From NCBI GenBank assembly GCA_040384765.1, contig JAZKIQ010000010.1, forward strand, positions 1-43,171: a DNA stretch of 43,171 nt, written 5' to 3'. The DNA is from Patescibacteria group bacterium. Lineage in GTDB: Bacteria; Patescibacteriota; Minisyncoccia; Phycocordibacterales; JBBUBG01. This document shows positions 1 to 8,120 of this stretch, piece by piece (position 1 is the stretch's first letter; the number at the start of each line of letters is the position of its first letter). The position numbers were made by a program, and so were the translations under genes. Below the pieces are notes generated by a model. It was not told the origin of the DNA and made no database searches. It worked only from the letters and a program-made list of their open reading frames with translations.

Positions 1-1
1 T

Positions 2-3000
2 GAGCTGGAGGAATGAACCGAAGCGGCCATCAAAGCCGTTGGCGAGGATGCCACCCACTGAGGTCGATGTAGCGGAAGCCGTGATGGTGAGGGTACCAAT
101 AGCGGCAGTGTTGGTGACGGTGAGTGCGGTGCCGGCTGCAGAAAAAGTATTCGTACCTGCGAATGCCTGACCCGCACGGTTGAGCAATGCAACATTTGAG
201 CTGAGGGCTGCATCTGCAATAGTCCCCGCTGACTGACCCACACAACCGAGAGCTGATTGGAAGCAACCCGCTGTTATGGAAAATCCGTTGATTGAGGAGG
301 TAGTTGCACCTGAGGTGATAAGGAATGCACCCCCTGTGAGCGTGATGCCATTTGAAGCGGCAATGCCCGTAGCCGACACAGAGGAAAGCGTATTGGTGGC
401 TGTGTTTGATTGGGTGATGATGCCGCCAGAGATCGTGATGCCGTTCGAAGAGGAAATGCCGGCTCCGGCAACCCCACCTGCAAACGTCGAAGTCGCACCA
501 TTTCCAAAGATTGTCGTAGATGAAGTACCGCCAATGACAATACGGTCGAGTGCGGTAACGGCAGTGGTGGAGGCACCGGCGCTGAATGTTTTAAGTGCAG
601 AGAAAGTTTGAGCGGTGTTAAGCAAAGCAACATTTGCAGAAAGGGCACCATCGAGAACCGTTCCTCCAGCCTGGCCGATGCAACCGAGGGTGGTGGCAAA
701 GCAGCCGGCGGAGAGGGAGATGCCGTTGGCGAAAGTGGAGGTGGCGGCGGAGGTGATGGTGATGGCACCCGAGGAGAGGATGGAGCCGCCAGTGAGGGTG
801 AGGCCATTTGAACTCGAGAGCCCCGCTCCTGCCACCCCGCCCGAGAACGTTGTAGTGGCTCCATTGCTTGTGATCGACGAGGTCGCACTTCCCGTCCCGA
901 GCAAGATCTGCTGGAGAGTCGCAAACTTGCCGTCGTATCCTGCTGCAGTGATGAAGCCGCCAACTGAAGTAGAGGTAGCGGAGCCGGTAATCGTGAGGGT
1001 GCCGATAGCAGCGGTGTTCGTAACGGTGAGTGCCGTGCCAGCGGAGGTGAATGAGTTGGTGCTGGTGAAAGTTTGTGATGAGCGGTTGAGGAGGGCGACA
1101 TTTGCGGAAAGGGCGGCGTCAGAGTTTGAGCAGACGCCGTTGATCGCGAAGCAGCCGGCGGAGAGGTTGATACCGTTGGCGAAGGTGGAGGTGGCGGCAG
1201 AGGTGGAGAGGATATTGCCACCAGTAAGCGTAATTCCGTTTGAGGCTGCGAGGCCGGCAGCACTAATAGATGAGAGCGTGTTGGTGGCGGTGTTTGACTG
1301 GTTGATGGTACCGCCAGAGATTGAGATGCCGTTCGAGGAAGAGACACCGGAAGCTGCTACGCCACCTGAGAAAGTGCTCGTTGCCCCACCAGTGATTGAA
1401 GAAGTTGCGCTCCCCGTCCCAAGCAAGATCTGCTGCGTTGTTAGGAATTTCGAGTCGAACCCTGCTGCGGTGATAAATCCTCCGACGGCTGTTGATGTTG
1501 CTGAACCCGTAATGGTGAGTGTACCAATGGCGGCAGTGTTCGTGACTGTGAGGGCCGTGCCAGCTGCGCTGAAGGTGTTCGTGCCAGTGAAGATTTGTCC
1601 ACTTCGGTTGAGCAAGGCAACGTTTGAAGAAAGTGCAGCATCCGCGATCGTGCCTGCGTCTTGTCCTACACAACCCAGTGCTGATCTGAAACAGCCAGAG
1701 GTGATGTTAAATCCGTTGTTCGAAGTTGTCGTTGCGCTTGAAGTAATCAACAACGCACCGCCGGTGAGGGTAATTCCGTTTGAAGCAGCGAGGCCTGCTG
1801 CGGAGATGGAGGAGAGCGTGTTAGTTGCCGTATTTGTCTGGAGAATGATTCCTCCTGTGACCGTCACCCCGTTTGACGATGAGACACCCGCTCCAGCGAT
1901 GCCGCCAGAAAATGTAGTTGTGGCTCCACCAGTAATTGATGATGTTGCCGAGCCAGTGCCAAGGAGAATCTGCTGTGTGGTGAGGAACTTTGAGTCGAAG
2001 CCCGCTGCGGTAATGAATCCACCGACAAAAGTAGATGTTGCGGAACCTGTGACTGTAAGCGTCCCGATTGCCGCTGTGTTGGTGACAGTGAGAGCAGTGC
2101 CAGCAGCGCTAAATGTATTGGCAGCGCTGAAAATCTGACCCGCACGATTGAGAAGCGCAACATTAGATGTCAGCGCAGCATCTGCAATTGTGCCTGCTGC
2201 CTGACCCACACAACCGAGCGAAGTGGCGAAGCAACCAGAAGTTGCGAGGAAACCGTTGTTTGATGTGGTGGTTGCGCCCGAGGTAATCAAGAATGCACCG
2301 CCAGTGAGGGTGATCCCGTTCGAGGCTGCGAGACCAGCAGCACTGACCGACGAGAGAGTGTTTGTTGCGGTGTTTGTTTGGAGAATCGTTCCGCCAGTCA
2401 CTGTCACACCGTTCGAGGAAGAAACACCGGATGCCGCTACCCCACCACTGAATGTACTGGTAGCCCCACCTGTGATCGATGAGGTTGCACTCCCCGTTCC
2501 GAGGAGAATCTGCTGAGTAGTAAGGAATTTAGAATCAAAACCTGCCGCTGAGAGAAGGCCACCCACAGCAGTTGATGTTGCCGAACCCGTGATGGTGAGC
2601 GTGCCGATGGCCGCTGTGTTTGTGACAGTGAGGGCAGTGCCGGCAGAGGAGAAGGTGTTGGTGCCGGTGAAGATCTGGCCAGTGCGATTGAGCAGAGCAA
2701 CGTTAGGTGAAAGTGCTGCATCAGAGTTCGAGCAGACACCATTGATAGCGAAGCAGCCGGCAGTGGTGTTGATACCGTTTGCGAAGGTGGAGGTGGCGAC
2801 GGAGGTGATGGTGAGAGCACCCGAGGAGAGGATGGAGCCGCCGGTGAGGGTGAGACCATTGGAAGAAGATACCCCCGCTGCTCCAACTCCACCAGCCAAC
2901 GTCGAGCTCGAAGTGTTTGTAACTGAAAGATTTGTTGCTGTCGTTGAGCCGAGTATCGCGCCGATATTTGTAGCGTTGATTGAGCCCGCGGTGACCGTCA

Positions 3001-5842
3001 CTCCGTTCGAGGACGAAAGGCCCGCTCCAGCTACCCCACCCGCAAAAGTTGAAGTTGCGCCATCTCCGAGGATAGTGGTGGTGGAGGTGTTGCCGATTGC
3101 GAACTTTGCGTTTGAACCAACAGCAGTGAGAGCTGTGGTGGAAGCTCCAGCAGTGAAAGTAGCCAGTGCGGAGAAGAAGTTGGTGCCGGTGAAGATCTGG
3201 CCAGAGCGGTTGAGCAATGCAACGTTTGGTGAAAGTGCACCATCCGAGTTTGAGCAGACACCAGCGATAGCGAAGCAACCTGTGGTGATATTGAAACCAT
3301 TATTGGACGTCGATGTTGCACTCGATGATATCAAGAGTGCACCGCCGGTGAGGGTCAAACCATTCGACGCCGCAATCCCGGCAGCCGAGATTGAGGAAAG
3401 CGTGTTGGTTGCGGTGTTCGACTGATTGATCGTACCGCCTGAGATCGAGATGCCGTTTGAGGAGGAAACTCCAGCTGCAGCAAACCCACCAGTTGTTGTC
3501 GTCGTTGCTCCGTTTGAAGTGAGCGTGGTGGTAGCTGAACCGTTGCCCAGATTGAGCTGGAGGAATGAACCGAAGCGGCCATCAAAGCCGTTGGCGAGGA
3601 TGCCACCGACTGCTGTTGAGGTGGCCGATCCGGTGATCGTGAGGGTGCCAATCGCTGCAGTGTTGGTGACAGTGAGGGCAGTGCCGGCAGCATTGAAGGT
3701 GTTGTCACCCGTGAAGATCTGGCCGGTGCGGTTGAGGAGGGCGACATTGGAGGTGAGCTGGTTGTCCGCCACGAGGGAACCGCTTCCTGTAACACACACG
3801 TTGTTTACTGCAAAACAGCCCGAGGTAATGTTGAAGCCGCCCGCCAAGGTTGAGGTGGCGTTTGAAGTTGAAAGTATGTTTCCACCGGTGAGGGTGAGAC
3901 CCTGTGAAGTCGAGAGACCCGCAGTTGAAACTCCACCTGCGAACGTCGAGCTCGAGGTGTTGGTGACCGAAAGATTTGTTGCTGTTGTAGAGCCAACGGT
4001 TGCGCCGATGTTCGTGGCGTTGATTGAGCCAGCAGTGATGGTGAGGCCGTTTGATGAGGAGACTCCCGCTCCTGCTACCCCGCCCGCGAAGGTGGAGGTT
4101 GCTCCATCTCCAAGGATGGTGGTGGTGGAGGTGTTGCCAATCGTAATGCCCGAAAGAGCGGTGAAGCGTGTCGATGAGGCATTGGTGATCGTGAGAAGAT
4201 CTGCCGCTCCATCGAAAAGGAAAGTTCCGTCTGAGTTGAGAGAGCTTACACCATCCCAGAAAGAAACACGGCCAGCCACTCCTGTGCCAGTGAGAGTACC
4301 CGCTCCTCCTCCGCCAATGCAAACACCGTTTATTGAAAAGCAGCCTGCACTGAGGTTGAGGCCGTTTGCAAAGGTGGAGCTAGCTGCGCCGGTAATGTTG
4401 AGTCCTGCTGCCTGGAGACTGCCGGCGAATGTCGAAGTGGCAAGTCCGCGAGCGGTGATCGTGGAGGTAGAGATAAGCGCGCCAACGGTTGTCGTACCAG
4501 CGATAACCGCATCGCCGTTGATACCAAGACGCGTACCTGGTGTTGTTGATCCAACACCCAGCCGGAAATTAGTATTATCCCAAATAAACTCACTACTTCC
4601 TCCGATTGAGCTTGCGCCATTCCAAAAGGTCAGCTGGCCTGCGGCACCACTGCCGGTAATAGTGCCTCCACCTCCACCTGCAATAACGCACGTGCCATTT
4701 ACGGCAAAACAACCAGAGCTGAGGTTGATACCAGAAGTAAAGGTTGTCGTCGCGCTACCGGACACCTCGAGAATGTCTGTTGAGAGAGCTCCTGCAAACG
4801 AGGAGGTACCTGAGCCAGAGTGAGAAAAAGAGGAGTCAGCGTAGAGAAGTGCCGAGGGCAGCATGGCGCTCGTGATACCAGTGATTGTGCCGCTAAGCGA
4901 AACATTCTGCAGTGTTGAGTCTGAGATTCTCACCCCTGCGAGCGTATCAATGCGATTTGAAAGTGCTACCGGCGAGAAATTGGGTGCATTGTGAACGAAC
5001 ACGGGACCGCCACCCGAGATACCGCTGGACAAAATCGAGTCCTGCGCACGGAGGATCTGGGTGGTGAGACGGTTCTCGAGCTGTTCAAGCTTCTGGTCGA
5101 AAGAGGTTGCATCCTTAGTCGAGACTGCTGCGCGCTCATAGATGATTCGCTCCCCAGGAAGGATTCTCTCAACGATAGTTGGGCGAATCGAGGACGTGAC
5201 ACTAACACCGGCTGTTCTGAGTAGAGCAATCTCCTCACGAAGGATAGCCACATCATCATCCCCTGAGGCGATAGTTCCTGGCTTGTCCTCCGCGAGGAGC
5301 GTAGGCTTTGCAAGCCATGGTGCAAAAATGAACTCTACAAAGCGTTTTGTATTCGTTGGAATCCCCTTGATATTTTTAACCACCGTATCGGCCAAAGTTG
5401 CACCCTCGGTAGCAGCCTTTTTTGTAGATCCAAACATGGCGGCAACTGGCGCGGAGTTTTCGATAACCTCTGCTACTCGCGCGATACCGTTTGCGAAGCT
5501 TGGATTTGAAAAAGCAAAGGCGACAATGAAAACCGCACAGCCAGCAAAAAGCTTTGGGAAAGAGAGAGTGAAAGTTTCATCTCGCTTACCATCTCTGATA
5601 ACCGAGATCTCCTTAATTTTTCTCGATTTTTCGAGGTTTGCCTCTGCCTGAAGACGCTGCTGATCCTGTCGATATGCAACGAGAGATTCTTCTTCGACAT
5701 ACCACGTGCGAGCGATGAGCTGTGAGCTAATTTTCCCACCGCGACAGAGCTGTCCGATGTAGTCGTTTGTATATCCATAACGCTCCGCCGCAAGGCGTGA
5801 TGGAATGTACTTTTTTCCTCCTAAATAGAGCTCCGACTTCAT
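2..5842 (-). CDS. Giant surface repeat protein (>=1947 aa, 3' end beyond window): N-terminal HTH, hydrophobic helix, Gly/Ser/Thr/Ala-rich repeats
   Basis: Hand translation from the ATG at 5842 gives MKSELYLGGKKYIPSRLAAERYGYTNDYIGQLCRGGKISSQLIARTWYVEEESL..., then LFAGCAVFIVAFAF. The same frame gives repeats such as ALLNRTGQIFTG, LTVTNTAAIGTLTITGSATST and GCFAINGVC, and is open at position 2. No stops in the segments I checked. It is absent from the ORF track because its stop is outside the window. Confidence 0.9.
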   Translation of the reverse strand, partial: MKSELYLGGKKYIPSRLAAERYGYTNDYIGQLCRGGKISSQLIARTWYVEEESLVAYRQDQQRLQAEANLEKSRKIKEISVIRDGKRDETFTLSFPKLFAGCAVFIVAFAFSNPSFANGIARVAEVIENSAPVAAMFGSTKKAATEGATLADTVVKNIKGIPTNTKRFVEFIFAPWLAKPTLLAEDKPGTIASGDDDVAILREEIALLRTAGVSVTSSIRPTIVERILPGERIIYERAAVSTKDATSFDQKLEQLENRLTTQILRAQDSILSSGISGGGPVFVHNAPNFSPVALSNRIDTLAGVRISDSTLQNVSLSGTITGITSAMLPSALLYADSSFSHSGSGTSSFAGALSTDILEVSGSATTTFTSGINLSSGCFAVNGTCVIAGGGGGTITGSGAAGQLTFWNGASSIGGSSEFIWDNTNFRLGVGSTTPGTRLGINGDAVIAGTTTVGALISTSTITARGLATSTFAGSLQAAGLNITGAASSTFANGLNLSAGCFSINGVCIGGGGAGTLTGTGVAGRVSFWDGVSSLNSDGTFLFDGAADLLTITNASSTRFTALSGITIGNTSTTTILGDGATSTFAGGVAGAGVSSSNGLTITAGSINATNIGATVGSTTATNLSVTNTSSSTFAGGVSTAGLSTSQGLTLTGGNILSTSNATSTLAGGFNITSGCFAVNNVCVTGSGSLVADNQLTSNVALLNRTGQIFTGDNTFNAAGTALTVTNTAAIGTLTITGSATSTAVGGILANGFDGRFGSFLQLNLGNGSATTTLTSNGATTTTTGGFAAAGVSSSNGISISGGTINQSNTATNTLSSISAAGIAASNGLTLTGGALLISSSATSTSNNGFNITTGCFAIAGVCSNSDGALSPNVALLNRSGQIFTGTNFFSALATFTAGASTTALTAVGSNAKFAIGNTSTTTILGDGATSTFAGGVAGAGLSSSNGVTVTAGSINATNIGAILGSTTATNLSVTNTSSSTLAGGVGAAGVSSSNGLTLTGGSILSSGALTITSVATSTFANGINTTAGCFAINGVCSNSDAALSPNVALLNRTGQIFTGTNTFSSAGTALTVTNTAAIGTLTITGSATSTAVGGLLSAAGFDSKFLTTQQILLGTGSATSSITGGATSTFSGGVAASGVSSSNGVTVTGGTILQTNTATNTLSSVSAAGLAASNGITLTGGAFLITSGATTTSNNGFLATSGCFATSLGCVGQAAGTIADAALTSNVALLNRAGQIFSAANTFSAAGTALTVTNTAAIGTLTVTGSATSTFVGGFITAAGFDSKFLTTQQILLGTGSATSSITGGATTTFSGGIAGAGVSSSNGVTVTGGIILQTNTATNTLSSISAAGLAASNGITLTGGALLITSSATTTSNNGFNITSGCFRSALGCVGQDAGTIADAALSSNVALLNRSGQIFTGTNTFSAAGTALTVTNTAAIGTLTITGSATSTAVGGFITAAGFDSKFLTTQQILLGTGSATSSITGGATSTFSGGVAASGVSSSNGISISGGTINQSNTATNTLSSISAAGLAASNGITLTGGNILSTSAATSTFANGINLSAGCFAINGVCSNSDAALSANVALLNRSSQTFTSTNSFTSAGTALTVTNTAAIGTLTITGSATSTSVGGFITAAGYDGKFATLQQILLGTGSATSSITSNGATTTFSGGVAGAGLSSSNGLTLTGGSILSSGAITITSAATSTFANGISLSAGCFATTLGCIGQAGGTVLDGALSANVALLNTAQTFSALKTFSAGASTTAVTALDRIVIGGTSSTTIFGNGATSTFAGGVAGAGISSSNGITISGGIITQSNTATNTLSSVSATGIAASNGITLTGGAFLITSGATTSSINGFSITAGCFQSALGCVGQSAGTIADAALSSNVALLNRAGQAFAGTNTFSAAGTALTVTNTAAIGTLTITASATSTSVGGILANGFDGRFGSFLQL
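176..3740 (-). repeat. Eight copies of an intragenic 146-180 aa repeat anchored on ALLN(R/T)
   Basis: The Asn codon of the anchor lies at 179, 617, 1085, 1607, 2147, 2687, 3209 and 3731. Spacings are 438, 468, 522, 540, 540, 522 and 522 bp. Confidence 0.9.
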
Positions 5843-5850
5843 GCCCTACA

Positions 5851-5906
5851 ATTGTAGCCTTTTGAATAGCCGAAATAGCCCTAAAACAAGCCATTTATGT
5901 GGATAA
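5851..5906 (-). promoter_or_regulatory. -10 box (TACAAT, 5851-5856) and a perfect DnaA box (5898-5906) upstream of the giant gene
   Basis: TACAAT lies 8 nt before the ATG. TGTGGATAA is the reverse complement of the consensus TTATCCACA. Confidence 0.6.
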
Positions 5907-6071
5907 ATAATAATTAAAAAAATAGCCAAAATATATTCATCAAAAATAGGAAATTTCTATCGTTTAAAAATAGACTTTCTAGGTGACCTTTTGTAAAAGA
6001 TGGCTCAGGATTTTAGTGAATTTCTAGCAAAAATGGGATACACCCTTCCGACAGGGTGTCCGCTATCCACG

Positions 6072-6109
6072 AAATAAGGTGATCTCGGCTAGCCGAGATC
6101 ACCTTATTT
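6072..6109. terminator. Perfect 38 bp palindrome, probable intrinsic terminator
   Basis: aaataaggtgatctcggct|agccgagatcaccttattt, no loop, downstream of the 6138..6749 gene. Confidence 0.7.
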
Positions 6110-6137
6110 TTCAACGTATTTTAGGACTCATTTTTTA

Positions 6138-6749
6138 TTACTCCCCTGACATGCCAAGCTTGTCGAGAATCTTCTCGTGCGGATAGTCGAGTACGTCCCG
6201 AATAAACTTGTCATACACCCCGAAGCGGTACTTAAAGTCGTCAGTCTCAAAAACACCGTAGGTTAGCTCCCGACCGATCTCTGCCTCCATAAGATGAATT
6301 GCATGCTCAAGTGCGTTTTTCTTGATGTCATCACCCACCAACAGAAGGTCCGCTCTACTTGTCTCTTCTTGGATAAAGATGCCTGACATTACAACAAGCT
6401 TGAGTTTTCCGACCCTACGGAGTCGCCGTACGATCTCCTCTTTGGTAAACGGAACCGTGTTCACGAGAAGGAGCTTGAGAGCATAGATGAATGGAAATGT
6501 GGGGTCGAGCTGCCAGCCCTTTGCGGCATTTTTTTGCCCCTTATCTACCCCCTCTGCGCTGGCCTTTGCGCGAGCTCGAACAAGCTTGATTTCGGCGAGC
6601 ATAGCAAGCTCGCGCTTTACCTCCTTTGGAATAACTTTGCTCCTTCGAATGACCGCTTCTGAACTAAAGATCTTTTCGGGGTTAAGCAAAAAAAGGCGGA
6701 GTATTTTCACGCGGGCCTGGCTTCCAAAAAGTTTTCCGAGCATGGGCAT
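6138..6749 (-). CDS. Winged-HTH protein with C-terminal degenerate nucleotidyltransferase-like domain
   Basis: N-terminal LFGSQARVKILRLFLLNPE...RELAMLAEIKLV looks like a wHTH. C-terminal VVMSGIFIQEETSRADLLLVGD...IGRELTYGVF looks MNT-like. The start may be 6743. Confidence 0.75.
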   Translation of the reverse strand: MPMLGKLFGSQARVKILRLFLLNPEKIFSSEAVIRRSKVIPKEVKRELAMLAEIKLVRARAKASAEGVDKGQKNAAKGWQLDPTFPFIYALKLLLVNTVPFTKEEIVRRLRRVGKLKLVVMSGIFIQEETSRADLLLVGDDIKKNALEHAIHLMEAEIGRELTYGVFETDDFKYRFGVYDKFIRDVLDYPHEKILDKLGMSGE

Positions 6750-6887
6750 TGAGTGAGGTTGTGATCGAATCGAGGCCTCATATTACCTCAAAGAGCGAGG
6801 GAGCGGAAGGAGGCCTCACGACAGTGATTCCAGTAGTTTCAGGACAGAAGAACGGAAGGGTTGGGCGTGCTTCTGGGCTTCTGTCCT

Positions 6888-6956
6888 AGAGCTCAAATAA
6901 GAAAAGAAAAATCCCCACGATCATCGTGGGGATTTTTCTTTTCTTATTTGAGCTCT
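6888..6956. terminator. Perfect 69 bp palindrome (34 bp arms, 1 nt centre) downstream of rplL
   Basis: agagctcaaataagaaaagaaaaatccccacgat-c-atcgtggggatttttcttttcttatttgagctct. Confidence 0.75.
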
Positions 6957-7036
6957 GCTTGTCACACATAAATTTCTGCTGAAATTTTGCGCGACCCCGC
7001 CTCGCCTGCCTTCGCAGGCTCCGGCCGAAGGCTGAG

Positions 7037-7417
7037 CTATTTAAGCTCTGCCTTGCCACCTGCTGCTTCGATGTCTGCCTTCATCTTCTCTGCTTCCTCT
7101 TTCTTCATCCCCTCCTTAAGCATTGTTGGCGCTTTGTCTACGAGGTCCTTTGCCTCCTTGAGACCAAGCCCGAGCACCTCCTTTACGATCTTAATGATCT
7201 GAATTTTCTGATCACCAGTTGCGGTAAGATGTACTGCAAACTCAGTCTTCTCTGATGCCGCCTCTGGGGCTGCACCTGGGGCTGCACCTGGGGCCATCAT
7301 CATGCCCGCTGACGCTGATACACCAAACTTTTCCTCGAGCACCTTTACGAGCTCAGAAAGATCGATGACACTCATTGTCTCGATCTTCTCTACGATTTCT
7401 TTGAATTTATCGTTCAT
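7037..7417 (-). CDS. rplL: 50S ribosomal protein L7/L12
   Basis: LSELVKVLEEKFGVSA, Ala-rich hinge, GLGLKEAKDLVD...AAGGKAELK. Confidence 0.98.
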   Translation of the reverse strand: MNDKFKEIVEKIETMSVIDLSELVKVLEEKFGVSASAGMMMAPGAAPGAAPEAASEKTEFAVHLTATGDQKIQIIKIVKEVLGLGLKEAKDLVDKAPTMLKEGMKKEEAEKMKADIEAAGGKAELK

Positions 7418-7510
7418 ACTAATTAGTAGTTTCAGGGCGGAAGTACCGAAGATCAGAAGTCAGATTTTTGCTTCTGACCTGAAACTTCTTCTGTACTTCT
7501 GGCCTTATTG

Positions 7511-8014
7511 TTAAGCTGCTACCTCTACTGCCTTCTTCTTCGCGATGGCATCAAGCACCGTCGCGAAGCTGCGAATCGGTCCATTGAGTACTCCAAGGAA
7601 CTGGGCATAGAGCACCTCACGTGAAGGGATCTTGCCGAGAGCAAGCACCTCTCCCGCTGCGATATAGCGCCCCTCAAAGATTCCTCCCAGCACTACAAAG
7701 CTCTCTTTGTGAGACTTTGCAAAGGTGGAAACCTCTCGTGATGGAGCAAGAATATCTGTTCCAAACGCGAATGCGACCTCTCCTTCGAGAGCGGGCCGAT
7801 CGCCTGTAATGCCTGCCTCGTCGAGAGCGCGAGCAAGAAGCGTTTTCTTGGTCACAGTATAACCCGAACCACTCTTGCGGAGAGTCCCGCGAAGAGCGGT
7901 CTGCTCGGAAACAGGGAGCTTGTGAAATTTCACAAACACCACCGAGCCGGCAGTGCCGATCTTCTGCTTGAGATCTTTTGCGATCTCTACTTTCTTTTCT
8001 TTTGTTATTGCCAT
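7511..8014 (-). CDS. rplJ: 50S ribosomal protein L10
   Basis: MAITKEKK..., VTKKTLLARAL, LGGIFEG, IPSREVLYAQFLGVLNGPI; lies directly upstream of rplL. Confidence 0.97.
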   Translation of the reverse strand: MAITKEKKVEIAKDLKQKIGTAGSVVFVKFHKLPVSEQTALRGTLRKSGSGYTVTKKTLLARALDEAGITGDRPALEGEVAFAFGTDILAPSREVSTFAKSHKESFVVLGGIFEGRYIAAGEVLALGKIPSREVLYAQFLGVLNGPIRSFATVLDAIAKKKAVEVAA

Positions 8015-8044
8015 TGGTTTCTTATGAAGCTGTGCCTCATAAAA

Positions 8045-8120
8045 TAAAAAACACGGCTAATAACCGTTGATCGACCCCTCGGCAGGACTTGCGCCTTATT
8101 GGCTGCCTGCTGTCTACGGT
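8045..8120 (-). promoter_or_regulatory. L10 leader (ribosomal protein autoregulatory RNA)
   Basis: The minus strand reads ACCGTAGACAGCAGG...CCTGCCGAGG just 5' of rplJ, matching the L10-leader pattern as I recall it. Confidence 0.8.

Noticed and set aside
276-5651. Long plus-strand ORFs (615..2138, 2589..3425, 3426..4823 and others) and alternative minus-frame ORFs
   Set aside because: These are antisense or off-frame shadows of the giant minus-strand gene. Their Val/Pro/Ala-rich text follows from its codon bias.
5860-6070. Replication origin
   Set aside because: Only one perfect DnaA box, with no box cluster and no dnaA/dnaN nearby.
7262-7296. 12 bp tandem repeat in rplL
   Set aside because: It encodes the ordinary Ala/Pro/Gly hinge.
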